Shown here: one piece after another, positions 1 through 8,524 of the stretch
Layout: every line of letters begins with the position of its first letter
How positions within the stretch are numbered: position 1 is the first letter of the stretch
DNA from: an uncultured Clostridia bacterium
Lineage (GTDB): Bacteria > Bacillota > Clostridia > Oscillospirales > Acutalibacteraceae
Direction: 5' to 3'
NCBI GenBank assembly: GCA_937892115.1
Contig: CALAUI010000018.1
Coordinates: forward strand, 1,533 to 65,532
DNA: 64,000 nucleotides
The notes under the pieces: generated by a model
Databases searched by the model: none
Told to the model about the DNA's origin: nothing
Seen by the model: the letters and a program-made list of their open reading frames with translations, nothing else
Made by a program: the position numbers and the translations under genes

Positions 1-111
1 GAAACCCTTGAGCTTTTCCTTGAACGTAACGCAATCACAAAGGCGCAGTTTGACAAAAGCTACGGCGATCTGGTTGAGAAAATGGGCATGAAAGACTATG
101 AGAACAAATAA
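1..111 (+). CDS. 3' end of an unidentified CDS (5' end outside window)
   Basis: Frame 1 is open from the window edge to TAA 109-111. The stop overlaps the next ATG (TAATG). Only 36 C-terminal aa are visible (...FDKSYGDLVEKMGMKDYENK) and the family is not recognisable. Confidence 0.45.
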   Translation, partial: ETLELFLERNAITKAQFDKSYGDLVEKMGMKDYENK

Positions 112-779
112 TGGAAATACAGGCAGTTTTATTTGATATGGACGGAGTCCTCATTGACTCCGAAAGCATAATTTTAGAGGCAGCTCTTGAAGGGTTGAAG
201 CAATTCGGCGTATACGCAAAGCCGGAGGATTTCATCCCCTATATAGGCGGAGGAGAAACAAGATACCTGGGAGGGCCCGCAGAAAAATACGGTGTCCCCT
301 ACGATCCGCAGATGAAGCCCGTGGTATACGAAATCTACGGTAAGATAATAAGAAGCCATCCCGAGCTGGTTTATGACGGCGTACTTGACGTAGTAAAGGA
401 AATAATGAAAAAGTACAAGGCATCCGTATGCTCGGCAGCGGATTTGCCCAAGGTATGTCATAATCTTTATACCATAGGCGTGGGCCCTGAATTCTTTACG
501 GCACTTGTTACCGGAAGCGACGTTTCCAAGCAGAAGCCCCATCCCGATATATTCCTCAAGGGCGCGGAGCTCTGCAAGGCAGACCCTCACTTCTGCGTTG
601 CGATTGACGATGCAATCAACGGCGTAAAAGCCGCCAATGCCGCAGGATGTGTCAGCGTAGGCGTTACGACCTCATTCACCCGTGACGAGCTGAAAGAGGC
701 AGGCGCCATGTACGTCATTGACGATATCCGTGAATTCCCCGCTCTGCTGGAAAAAATCACAAAAGAAGTGAACAGATAA
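111..779 (+). CDS. HAD-IA family hydrolase (beta-phosphoglucomutase-like phosphatase)
   Basis: N-terminal FDMDGVLIDSE (HAD motif I) and a later IDDAINGVKAA (motif IV-like). 222 aa, followed by a hairpin terminator. Confidence 0.85.
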   Translation: MEIQAVLFDMDGVLIDSESIILEAALEGLKQFGVYAKPEDFIPYIGGGETRYLGGPAEKYGVPYDPQMKPVVYEIYGKIIRSHPELVYDGVLDVVKEIMKKYKASVCSAADLPKVCHNLYTIGVGPEFFTALVTGSDVSKQKPHPDIFLKGAELCKADPHFCVAIDDAINGVKAANAAGCVSVGVTTSFTRDELKEAGAMYVIDDIREFPALLEKITKEVNR

Positions 780-785
780 AAATAA

Positions 786-819
786 AGCCGCAGGAAGTGA
801 TTCCCGCGGCTGTTTTTTT
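786..819. terminator. bidirectional intrinsic terminator between convergent genes
   Basis: AGCCGCAGGAA-gtga-TTCCCGCGGCT stem (one mismatch) followed by GTTTTTTTA. An A-run upstream gives a U-run for the minus-strand LUD gene. Confidence 0.7.
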
Positions 820-826
820 ATTCAAA

Positions 827-1456
827 TCAGAATCCGAGACTGTCGTTGACAAGGATTACATGGATTCTGTCCTTATGCCTTGAATATCTGGTAATGAGGA
901 ACTGACAGCAGATAGTATCGGGGCATTTGCAGTCAATGCACTTGCCCGTTTTCGTGCAGGGTGTGGAAAGACCGAAACGCTGGACGTTGATAACCGCCGC
1001 CTCGTTTCTCGCTCTCTTGAGGGCGCTGTCAAGGTCGGAACAAATCTTATTCATGCCCACTATGAGAACAAGCTTTTTCGGCCCGTAGGCATAGGCGGAT
1101 ACTCTGTTTGAATTGCCGTCAATATTGACCAAAATGCCGTCATCGGTAATGGCATTCGTGCTTCCGAGAAATACGTCGGCATCGTATGCAAAAAGCTCTG
1201 CGGCGTGTTTATCGGTTACGGTGCTTCTGTCACAATAATTATATTTTTCGTTTTTGACCGCATCAATCAGACCGATTTCCGCTATGGAAACCGAGCCGCC
1301 GTTTGTTATCTTACTGCCCTCGGGAATGAGGGAAAGGGCTATTTTAAGTGCCTCCTCCTTTGTTTCGGCATAGTAGCCGCTCATATTCCTTGACTGCAGT
1401 CCCCTGATTACCGTTTCGGCAAGCAAATCGTTGCGTTTTACTCTGTTAACATTCAT
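827..1456 (-). CDS. LUD-domain (LutC/YkgG-like lactate-utilisation family) protein with Cys-rich C-terminus
   Basis: Sequence pattern resembles LUD/DUF162 proteins (GSTNAITDDGILVNIDGNSNR) and ends with CTKTGKCIDCKCPDTICC. Start moved from the track's 1501 to ATG 1456 (MNVNRV), which is preceded by AAGGAGAG. Confidence 0.7.
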   Translation of the reverse strand: MNVNRVKRNDLLAETVIRGLQSRNMSGYYAETKEEALKIALSLIPEGSKITNGGSVSIAEIGLIDAVKNEKYNYCDRSTVTDKHAAELFAYDADVFLGSTNAITDDGILVNIDGNSNRVSAYAYGPKKLVLIVGMNKICSDLDSALKRARNEAAVINVQRFGLSTPCTKTGKCIDCKCPDTICCQFLITRYSRHKDRIHVILVNDSLGF

Positions 1457-1471
1457 TCTATTCTCTCCTTT

Positions 1472-1493
1472 TGTAAAGCGTATCCACTTTACA
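1472..1493. promoter_or_regulatory. palindrome TGTAAAG-N8-CTTTACA (copy C) in the 5' UTR of the LUD gene, abutting its RBS
   Basis: Perfect 7-bp inverted repeat read directly from the sequence. It has the same arms as the copy at 1574-1595. Confidence 0.45.
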
Positions 1494-1570
1494 CAGCGCA
1501 TATTTCAAAAGCAGTATCAGCATCACTTTGTTGATATATAAAGTTTTGCTATAAAAATTATTCAATCGGT

Positions 1571-1598
1571 GTCTGTAAAGTGATACTGCTTTACAGAC
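1571..1598. promoter_or_regulatory. palindrome GTCTGTAAAG-N8-CTTTACAGAC (copy A) upstream of the LUD gene promoter region
   Basis: Perfect 10-bp inverted repeat. Its loop plus right arm (1581-1592) recurs as an exact reverse complement at 1508-1519. Confidence 0.45.
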
Positions 1599-1603
1599 TG
1601 ATA

Positions 1604-1636
1604 CATAAAAACAAAAAGCAGGTCAACCGACCTGCT
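1604..1636 (-). terminator. intrinsic terminator of the 27-aa peptide gene (and probably ddh)
   Basis: On the minus strand: AGCAGGTC-ggtt-GACCTGCT followed by TTTTTGTTTTTAT. Confidence 0.8.
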
Positions 1637-1653
1637 GTATTGTTTACGGAATA

Positions 1654-1737
1654 TCAGGTGAACAATCCTGCAATCACGTCTTCAAGACCGAAAATTTCGA
1701 TAATTCCCCAAAAGAAAAGCCAGAAACCTATACTCAT
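1654..1737 (-). CDS. 27-aa hydrophobic small protein (MSIGFWLFFWGIIEIFGLEDVIAGLFT)
   Basis: Not in the ORF track (under 60 aa). ATG at 1737 is preceded by TAAGGAGGCAATCAA. It has its own promoter-like element (1768-1796) and its own terminator (1604-1636). Confidence 0.55.
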   Translation of the reverse strand: MSIGFWLFFWGIIEIFGLEDVIAGLFT

Positions 1738-1767
1738 TTGATTGCCTCCTTATTCATATTCGTAAAG

Positions 1768-1796
1768 ATAATAACATATATAAAACAAAAATGCAA
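1768..1796 (-). promoter_or_regulatory. sigma-A-like promoter for the 27-aa peptide gene
   Basis: Minus strand TTGCAT-17 nt-TATTAT. Confidence 0.45.
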
Positions 1797-1813
1797 CTAA
1801 TTTTTTAACAATA

Positions 1814-2794
1814 TCAAAGCATGTGGGCTCTGAGCTCTTCGCCGGACATACTGCTCAGGTATGCGGGAGGAACGTCAAGAACGGTCTTGCACCCTCTGAT
1901 ACCTTCCTCATACATACGGAAAGCGGCTCTTGCGTAAGCAACAAGTACGCTTGAGGTAAACTCGGGGTTGGAGTCAAGCTTTAAGCTGTATTCGATAACG
2001 TGGTTATTTTCGCTGTTCCAGCCGGTTGAGCCGGTACGGATTACGGAGCCGCCGTGAGGAATACCCTTGTGGTCTCTGTCAAGCTCCTCCTGAGAAATAA
2101 AATACACGGTGGTGTCATAATCGGCAAAATAATTGGGCATCTCTTTGATTTCTTTCTCAATCCTTGCCTTATCCGCATCGGGTGCGGCAACGACCCAGCA
2201 TTCTCTCGTATGCTTTTCTCTCACGGAGAGAACGGGATTTTCACCGTTTCTTACCTTTTCAAGTGCTTCGGGAACGGGCACGGTATACTGCCTTGCATCA
2301 AGAACGCCGTCAATCCTGCGTATGGCATCGGAGTGCCCCTGGCTGACGCCTCTGCCCCAGAAGGTATAGTCGGAGCCGTCGGGGAGAATTGCACCGGCGT
2401 AAACTCTGTTGAGCGAGAACATACCGGGATCCCAGCCGACGGATATCATTGCGATATGGCCGTTATCCTTTGCCGCCTTATCCACGTTTGCAAAATGCTC
2501 GGGAATCCTTGCATGGGTGTCAAAGCTGTCAATAACGTTGAACATTCCGGCATACTTCGGAGTCATTACGGGCAGATCCGTAGCAGAGCCGCCGCAGATG
2601 ATAAGCACGTCAATATCGTCCTTGTATTTTTCAATATCGTTTACGGAAACGACCTTTGCACCCTCGGTAAGAATTTTTACCGACGAGGGATCGCGGCGTG
2701 TGAATACAAATTTAAGCTCTGTGTCGGGGTTGTGCTTTACCGCACATTCAATACCTCTGCCGAGATTTCCGTATCCGAGAACTGCTAACTTCAT
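1814..2794 (-). CDS. ddh: meso-diaminopimelate D-dehydrogenase
   Basis: MKLAVLGYGNLGRG Rossmann N-terminus and a full-length resemblance to Ddh (~326 aa). Start set at ATG 2794 rather than the track's 2815. Confidence 0.85.
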   Translation of the reverse strand: MKLAVLGYGNLGRGIECAVKHNPDTELKFVFTRRDPSSVKILTEGAKVVSVNDIEKYKDDIDVLIICGGSATDLPVMTPKYAGMFNVIDSFDTHARIPEHFANVDKAAKDNGHIAMISVGWDPGMFSLNRVYAGAILPDGSDYTFWGRGVSQGHSDAIRRIDGVLDARQYTVPVPEALEKVRNGENPVLSVREKHTRECWVVAAPDADKARIEKEIKEMPNYFADYDTTVYFISQEELDRDHKGIPHGGSVIRTGSTGWNSENNHVIEYSLKLDSNPEFTSSVLVAYARAAFRMYEEGIRGCKTVLDVPPAYLSSMSGEELRAHML

Positions 2795-2936
2795 ATATTT
2801 CACCTTACTTCCCAAATGTGTAAATGATTATATCACCTGCTTTTTTTACAGTCAATGAAAGCATATACAAATATGTGTTGTTTTTTCCGCATCAATAGTG
2901 TTATAATTGACGAAGTTGAGAACGGAGGTTTTTCCA

Positions 2937-3256
2937 TGAAAGAACTTAACAGAACAAGCTGGCAATATCTGTGCGGCAACGTGGCACTTTATGATGCCGG
3001 AATCAACGATTTTATCGGCTCCGCACCGATAGTTGAAGGCAAGGTGGGAGCATTCACCGACAAATTCAACTATAAGCTTCATCTTAATGCCGAAAATAAA
3101 ACTCCTCTGAAAATCATCGCCTCGTTCTATGTCGGATGCTTCAATTTTGACACTACCGATGACGAGCAGATTACGGTCAGGGAATTTGACCCCTCCGAAG
3201 AAGGACTCAACTCGGCATTTGAATGGCTTGATAAAGAATATAATAACTGCATTTAA
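2937..3256 (+). CDS. hypothetical small protein (106 aa)
   Basis: ATG 2937 is preceded by ACGGAGG. It lies 14 nt upstream of, and is co-oriented with, the DUF4965-type gene. No family recognised. Confidence 0.5.
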
Positions 3257-3270
3257 GGGAGAAAGAAGTA

Positions 3271-5169
3271 ATGAAGTTAAGACAACCCGCAACACCGCTT
3301 ATCACGGCAGACCCCTATTTTTCAGTATGGTCATTTACGGATAAGCTCAACGATTCGGCGACCGTGCACTGGACCGGCTCGGCAAATACAATCAACGGCT
3401 TCGTTACCGTTGACGGTGAAAAATTCAGATTCATGGGCGAAGAAAAAGAAAGCAAAATCAGCCAGACCTTCTGCGATATGAGCGCTCTTGTAACGGATTA
3501 CGTGTTTGAAAACGACAAAATCGTACTGTGCCTGAGCTTTTATACTCCCCTTTTCCCCGAGGATTTATATCACATTTCAAGACCCGTCTCATATATGACA
3601 GCAAAGTATATGTCCGCTGACGGAAAGAAGCACGAGGTTACTCTCGGCATTGATGTTTCCGAGGAAATCTGCCTTGACAAAAAAGGCGACTGCGACGTTA
3701 CGACGGAAACGGGCAAAACGCCCGAAGGTCTGCCCTTTGCAAAAATGGGCTCCGCAGAGCAGAAAATGCTTACCCGTGACGGTGACGACCTGAGAATCGA
3801 GTGGGGATATTTCTATCTTGCAGGCACAAAGGATTCGTCCGCATCCGTCAAAGCTTACGACGATATGACCTTTGTAAGTATTGACGTTCCCATGACAGAG
3901 GATAATGAAGTGACCGTCCTTTTCGCTTATGACGATATCAAATGCCTTGAATACTTCGGCGAAAAGATTGACGCATACTGGAAAACAAAGTGTGACTGCA
4001 TTCTCAAAGCCATTGACGAAGCCGCAGACGAGCAGACGGAAATTCTGGATAAGTGCAGAGAAAAATCCGAAGCTCTCTTTGACGATGCGGAACGGGCAGG
4101 CGGCGAGAAATACGCAGACCTGCTTACCCTTGCCTTCCGTCAGATGATATGCGCACACAAGCTCGCCGCGGACAACGAAGGAAACGTTCTTTTCATCTCA
4201 AAGGAATGCTTTTCAAACGGCTGTGCCGCAACGGTTGACGTCACCTATCCCTCCGCTCCCTTTATGCTTCTCTACAACACGGAGCTTCTCAAGGGTACGC
4301 TCCGACCCATATTCAGATTTTCGCAGACAGAGAAATGGAAATACGATTTTGCACCCCACGATGCCGGAACTTATCCCCTTGTAAACGGTCAGCGTTACGG
4401 CTGGAAGCAGGAAAACGACCCCGCTGAATATCTCAAGAGACAGATGCCCGTTGAGGAAAGCGGAAATATGCTTGTGCTTATGGCGTGCATTTCAATGCTT
4501 GACGGCAATACGGAATTCTGCGACGACAAGATGGATATACTTGCCGGCTGGGTAAAGTATCTTGAACAGTACGGCACCGACCCCGAGGACCAGCTTTGCA
4601 CCGACGACTTTGCAGGTCATCTGGCGCATAACTGCAACCTTTCGCTCAAGGCAATCATGGGTATCGCGGGCTATTCAAAAATACTTTCAATGCAGGGAAA
4701 TCCCGATGGTGATAAATATATGGCAGAAGCAAAGGAAATGGCACTCAGCTGGACAAAGCGTGCCGCAAACGAAGACGGCAGCTTCCGTCTCGCCTTTGAC
4801 AAGCCCGATTCATACAGTATGAAATACAATGCGGTATGGGATAAGCTCTGGGGTACGAAAATCTTTGACCCCTGCGTAATGTATTCGGAACTCTGCTCCA
4901 ATAAAAAGCACTTCAACGCCTACGGTATGCCTCTTGACAACCGTAAGACCTACACAAAATCCGACTGGATTCTGTGGACAGCCGCCATGGCACCCACGAA
5001 GGAAGAATTTGAAGCGTACATTGCTCCCCTCTGGGATGCCTATAACGTTTCTCCCAGCCGTGTACCCATGACAGACTGGTATGACACGGTAACAAGCGAG
5101 GTGGTGGGCTTCCGCCACAGAACGGTCGTAGGCGGTCTGTTCATCAAGCTTCTTGAAGGACTTTTCTGA
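3271..5169 (+). CDS. glutaminase-A-like / DUF4965-DUF5127-DUF1793 family protein (putative glycosidase)
   Basis: N-terminus LRQPATPLITADPYFSVWSF and the overall 632-aa architecture are typical of this family. RBS is AAGGGAGAAAG. Confidence 0.7.
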   Translation: MKLRQPATPLITADPYFSVWSFTDKLNDSATVHWTGSANTINGFVTVDGEKFRFMGEEKESKISQTFCDMSALVTDYVFENDKIVLCLSFYTPLFPEDLYHISRPVSYMTAKYMSADGKKHEVTLGIDVSEEICLDKKGDCDVTTETGKTPEGLPFAKMGSAEQKMLTRDGDDLRIEWGYFYLAGTKDSSASVKAYDDMTFVSIDVPMTEDNEVTVLFAYDDIKCLEYFGEKIDAYWKTKCDCILKAIDEAADEQTEILDKCREKSEALFDDAERAGGEKYADLLTLAFRQMICAHKLAADNEGNVLFISKECFSNGCAATVDVTYPSAPFMLLYNTELLKGTLRPIFRFSQTEKWKYDFAPHDAGTYPLVNGQRYGWKQENDPAEYLKRQMPVEESGNMLVLMACISMLDGNTEFCDDKMDILAGWVKYLEQYGTDPEDQLCTDDFAGHLAHNCNLSLKAIMGIAGYSKILSMQGNPDGDKYMAEAKEMALSWTKRAANEDGSFRLAFDKPDSYSMKYNAVWDKLWGTKIFDPCVMYSELCSNKKHFNAYGMPLDNRKTYTKSDWILWTAAMAPTKEEFEAYIAPLWDAYNVSPSRVPMTDWYDTVTSEVVGFRHRTVVGGLFIKLLEGLF

Positions 5170-5176
5170 TAAAAAT

Positions 5177-5214
5177 AAGACTTGTGCCGGGTGAACGGTA
5201 CAAGTCTTTTTGTT
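5177..5214. terminator. bidirectional intrinsic terminator
   Basis: AAGACTTGT..ACAAGTCTT stem followed by TTTTGTTTT, flanked upstream by an A-run. It sits between convergent genes. Confidence 0.75.
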
Positions 5215-6009
5215 TTACCTTGTCAGAAATTCAAGCATACGCGGTCTGAAATCCGGGGCTTCGTCGTAGACGGTGTGACCGTATTCCCTGCCGTACATAT
5301 ATGATTCACAGTTCAGAAGCGATGCCGTTTCGCGGATGCTGTCGGGAGAAATAAGCTTATCTCCCTCGCTTCCCACCACAAGCACGTCACACTCTATATT
5401 TTTTATCTTATCCTTGACATTGAAGGAAATAATCGTTCTGCCCAGCTTTGCGAAGCGTCTTCCTTCATCAGCGGTAATGCTTCTGCCGGATTCAATGAGT
5501 CCCTCGCCGTATTCCTTCATTATCGCGTCGCCGTAGATACATCTGCACAAAAGCTCATTGGCTTCATATACTCTGCCGCTTTGTGCAAGCGAAGTCCATA
5601 CCTCCATGGCGTTGTTTATGGATTCACAGGACTGCGATAGAGTAGAGCAAAGCACCATTTTCTTTACGAGTCCGGGATATTCCGCCGCAATCATCTGGGC
5701 AATCATTCCTCCCAGGGATGCACCGAAAATGCAGACATCCTCAAGCCCCAGACATTTCATAACGTCCGCGGTATCCCGCGCCATATCCTCTATTGAATAT
5801 TCATCGGGAAGATTTGATCTGCAGTCAAAAAGATATACCGTGAATTTTTCACCGAATTCCTTAAAGCCCGCTTTCAGAGCTTCCTCAAAAAGCGTAACGG
5901 GTTTGAATGAAAGACCGGGAAGAATAACGAAGGTATCCTTTCCTTTTCCGAACCGGAAGTAATTCATTTCTATTCCGTTCACTCTTGCTGTTTCAATCAT
6001 CGCTTTCAC
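5215..6009 (-). CDS. alpha/beta hydrolase
   Basis: Nucleophile elbow GASLGG in IFGASLGGMIAQ. 264 aa. GTG start 5 nt after GGAGG. Confidence 0.8.
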   Translation of the reverse strand: MKAMIETARVNGIEMNYFRFGKGKDTFVILPGLSFKPVTLFEEALKAGFKEFGEKFTVYLFDCRSNLPDEYSIEDMARDTADVMKCLGLEDVCIFGASLGGMIAQMIAAEYPGLVKKMVLCSTLSQSCESINNAMEVWTSLAQSGRVYEANELLCRCIYGDAIMKEYGEGLIESGRSITADEGRRFAKLGRTIISFNVKDKIKNIECDVLVVGSEGDKLISPDSIRETASLLNCESYMYGREYGHTVYDEAPDFRPRMLEFLTR

Positions 6010-6120
6010 CTTTCCCTCCGATAAATCAATTATATCACAACTTCGGACAAGTGCAAGGCGATTATGTATTCTTCACAATTTTTTATTTCCGGAAAGGACT
6101 ATATTGTACAGTAATTTTCA

Positions 6121-6149
6121 TTGACAAACCGACACCGCAAATGTACAAT
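6121..6149 (+). promoter_or_regulatory. sigma-A promoter of the pfl leader
   Basis: Consensus TTGACA (6121-6126), a 17-nt spacer, then TACAAT (6144-6149). Confidence 0.7.
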
Positions 6150-6175
6150 ATTATCAGAAAGTGATAAAGCTTTCG

Positions 6176-6250
6176 GGTGCTTTTCCGCTGACGGAATGTG
6201 AATTGACACAGTGCGGAAAGGTTACCGATAATACCGACCGTCTGGGTAAC
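6176..6250 (+). promoter_or_regulatory. ZTP riboswitch (pfl motif) aptamer
   Basis: GCUGACGGAA (6187-6196) and CCGACCGUCUGGG (6234-6246) match the two conserved ZTP blocks as I remember them. GACGG (6190-6194) can pair with CCGUC (6238-6242) as the pseudoknot. A P1-like CUUUUCC/GGAAAG and a P2-like UGUG/CACA flank these blocks. The element lies upstream of pflB, which is the classic genomic context. Confidence 0.72.
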
Positions 6251-6279
6251 GCTGATTATATCAGGGTTACCCTTTTTTG
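6244..6279 (+). terminator. riboswitch expression-platform terminator
   Basis: GGGTAAC-G-CTGAT..ATCAG-G-GTTACCC followed by TTTTTTGTTT. The 5' arm overlaps the aptamer 3' end (CUGGGUAAC), and an alternative pairing exists with GGTTACC at 6220-6226. Confidence 0.75.
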
Positions 6280-6295
6280 TTTAGGAGGATTTACC

Positions 6296-8524
6296 ATGAA
6301 TTTTGAACAGTGGAACGGATTTAACGGCGGAAACTGGACAGAAAACATTGACGTAAGGGATTTCATTGACAAGAACTACACTCCCTATACCGGAGACGGC
6401 TCTTTCCTTGCTCCCGCAACGGAAAGGACAAAGAAGGCCCTTGCCGAGCTTGAGCGTCTTAAAAAACTTGAGCAGGAAAACGGCGGCGTGCTTTCCGTTG
6501 ACACCACGACCGTATCATCACTTTGCAATTATAAGCCCGGATATCTTTGTGATGAGGATATAATCGTAGGTATGCAGACGGATGAGCCCCTCAAGAGAGG
6601 CGTAAACCCCTTCGGCGGCATCCGTATGGCGCGCTCCGCCTGCGAAGCATACGGATATAAGCTCTCAGATAAAATTGAAGAGTATTTCAAATACAGAACT
6701 ACCCACAACGACGGTGTATTCCGCATTTATACGGACGAAATGAAAGCCGCAAGACACTGTGCTTTGCTGACCGGTCTTCCCGATGCATACGGCAGAGGCA
6801 GAATTATCGGCGACTACCGCCGCATTGCCCTTTACGGCATTGACGTGCTTATTGAGGAAAAGAAAAAGGATAAGCAGAAGGCGGGAGAAAACTTCATGGA
6901 CGTTGACAATATCCGCCTGCTTGAAGAGCTTTATCAGCAAATCAATTTCCTCAATCTGCTCAAGGAAATGGCTTCCATGTACGGCATTGACATTTCAAAG
7001 CCCGCCTCCAACGCAAAAGAAGCAATCCAATGGACTTATTTCGGCTACCTTGCCGCAAACAAGGAGCAGAACGGTGCAGCCATGTCCTTCGGCAGGACCT
7101 CGACTTTCTTTGATATCTATATTGAGCGTGACATCAAAAACGGCGTGCTTGACGAATCGGGTGCTCAGGAGCTTATGGACGACCTGGTACTCAAGCTCAG
7201 ATGTGCCCGCCATCTGCGTACTCCCGAATACAACGAGCTTTTCGGCGGCGATCCCATGTGGATAACGGAAAGCATAGGCGGTATGAGTCTCAATCACAAG
7301 ACACTTGTTACCAAAAACTCATTCCGTGTACTCAATACGCTTTACAATCTCGGTCCCGCGCCCGAGCCCAATCTGACCGTTCTCTGGAGCAATGCTCTTC
7401 CCGAGGGCTTCAAGAAATTCTGTGCAAAGCTTTCAATAGACACGGATTCCATCCAGTACGAAAACGACGACCTTATGAGGCCCCGTTTCGGTGACGACTA
7501 CGCCATCGCCTGCTGTGTATCCGCAATGAAGGTGGGCAAGCAGATGCAGTTTTTCGGTGCAAGAACAAACCTTGCAAAGCTTTTACTGCTTGCAATCAAC
7601 GGTGGTACAGATAACGTTTTCGGTACTCATATCGGTCCTCAGATGGGACCCATGCAGGATGAATATCTTGACTACAAGAAGGTAATGGAGCGTTTCACCG
7701 TTTATCTTGAATGGCTGTGCCGCCTTTACGTAAACACCATGAACTGCATCCACTATATGCACGATAAATATGCTTACGAAAAGACACAGATGGCTCTTCA
7801 CGATACCGACGTTGAACGGCTGATGGCTTTCGGCGTAGCAGGTCTTTCCGTAATCACGGACTCCCTCTCCGCAATCAAATTCGCAAAGGTACGCCCCGTC
7901 AAGGATGAAAGCGGCATTATCGTTGATTTTGAAACCGAAGGTGATTTCCCCAAGTACGGCAACGACGACAACCGTGCGGACGAAATCGCCCAGGAGCTTC
8001 TCGTTATGGTACATAACGAACTGAAGAAGACTCCCGCATATAAGAACGCAAGGCACACCCTCTCCGCACTTACAATCACTTCAAACGTAATGTACGGTAA
8101 AAAGACGGGTGCCACCCCCGACGGCAGAAAGAAGGGCGAGCCCTTTGCTCCCGGTGCAAATCCCATGCATAACCGCGAGGTCAACGGCGCTCTTGCTTCC
8201 CTCAACTCCGTTTCAAAGCTTCCCTATTCCTCCGCTTCGGACGGCATCTCAAACACCTTCTCAATCATCCCCGATGCACTCGGCAAGGACGAAGAAAACA
8301 GAATTTCAAATCTTGTTATGATGCTTGACGGTTACTTCGCAAACGATGCCCATCACATCAACGTAAACGTAATGAACCGCGAAACCCTCATGGACGCATA
8401 CGACCATCCCGAAAATTATCCCAATCTCACCATCAGAGTCTCCGGCTATGCCGTAAACTTTGTCAAGCTTTCAAAAGAACAGCAGAGAGAGGTCATCAAG
8501 AGGACCTTCCACGAGGCAATGTGA
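6296..8524 (+). CDS. pflB: formate C-acetyltransferase (pyruvate formate-lyase)
   Basis: Full-length PFL resemblance, including the glycyl-radical C-terminus [11 protein letters not shown] and the active-site CCVS. Start reset to ATG 6296 (after AGGAGGA) because the track's upstream extension is the riboswitch leader. Confidence 0.95.
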   Translation: MNFEQWNGFNGGNWTENIDVRDFIDKNYTPYTGDGSFLAPATERTKKALAELERLKKLEQENGGVLSVDTTTVSSLCNYKPGYLCDEDIIVGMQTDEPLKRGVNPFGGIRMARSACEAYGYKLSDKIEEYFKYRTTHNDGVFRIYTDEMKAARHCALLTGLPDAYGRGRIIGDYRRIALYGIDVLIEEKKKDKQKAGENFMDVDNIRLLEELYQQINFLNLLKEMASMYGIDISKPASNAKEAIQWTYFGYLAANKEQNGAAMSFGRTSTFFDIYIERDIKNGVLDESGAQELMDDLVLKLRCARHLRTPEYNELFGGDPMWITESIGGMSLNHKTLVTKNSFRVLNTLYNLGPAPEPNLTVLWSNALPEGFKKFCAKLSIDTDSIQYENDDLMRPRFGDDYAIACCVSAMKVGKQMQFFGARTNLAKLLLLAINGGTDNVFGTHIGPQMGPMQDEYLDYKKVMERFTVYLEWLCRLYVNTMNCIHYMHDKYAYEKTQMALHDTDVERLMAFGVAGLSVITDSLSAIKFAKVRPVKDESGIIVDFETEGDFPKYGNDDNRADEIAQELLVMVHNELKKTPAYKNARHTLSALTITSNVMYGKKTGATPDGRKKGEPFAPGANPMHNREVNGALASLNSVSKLPYSSASDGISNTFSIIPDALGKDEENRISNLVMMLDGYFANDAHHINVNVMNRETLMDAYDHPENYPNLTIRVSGYAVNFVKLSKEQQREVIKRTFHEAM

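Noticed and set aside
1472-1598. Assigning the TGTAAAG-N8-CTTTACA palindromes to Rex (TTGTGAA-N6-TTCACAA) or CcpA cre (TGWAANCGNTNWCA).
   Set aside because: The half-sites look superficially similar, but the spacing and total length do not fit either consensus. I therefore leave the regulator unassigned.
6161-6295. Upstream extensions proposed by the ORF track for pflB. The same applies to tuf (to 55458), rpsG (to 58218), rpsL (to 58743), guaA-like (27423), galK (46015), aroC (37829), CM-aroB (39057) and LUD (1501).
   Set aside because: Conserved N-termini with good Shine-Dalgarno sequences occur downstream. The extensions cover leaders, a riboswitch or the preceding gene.
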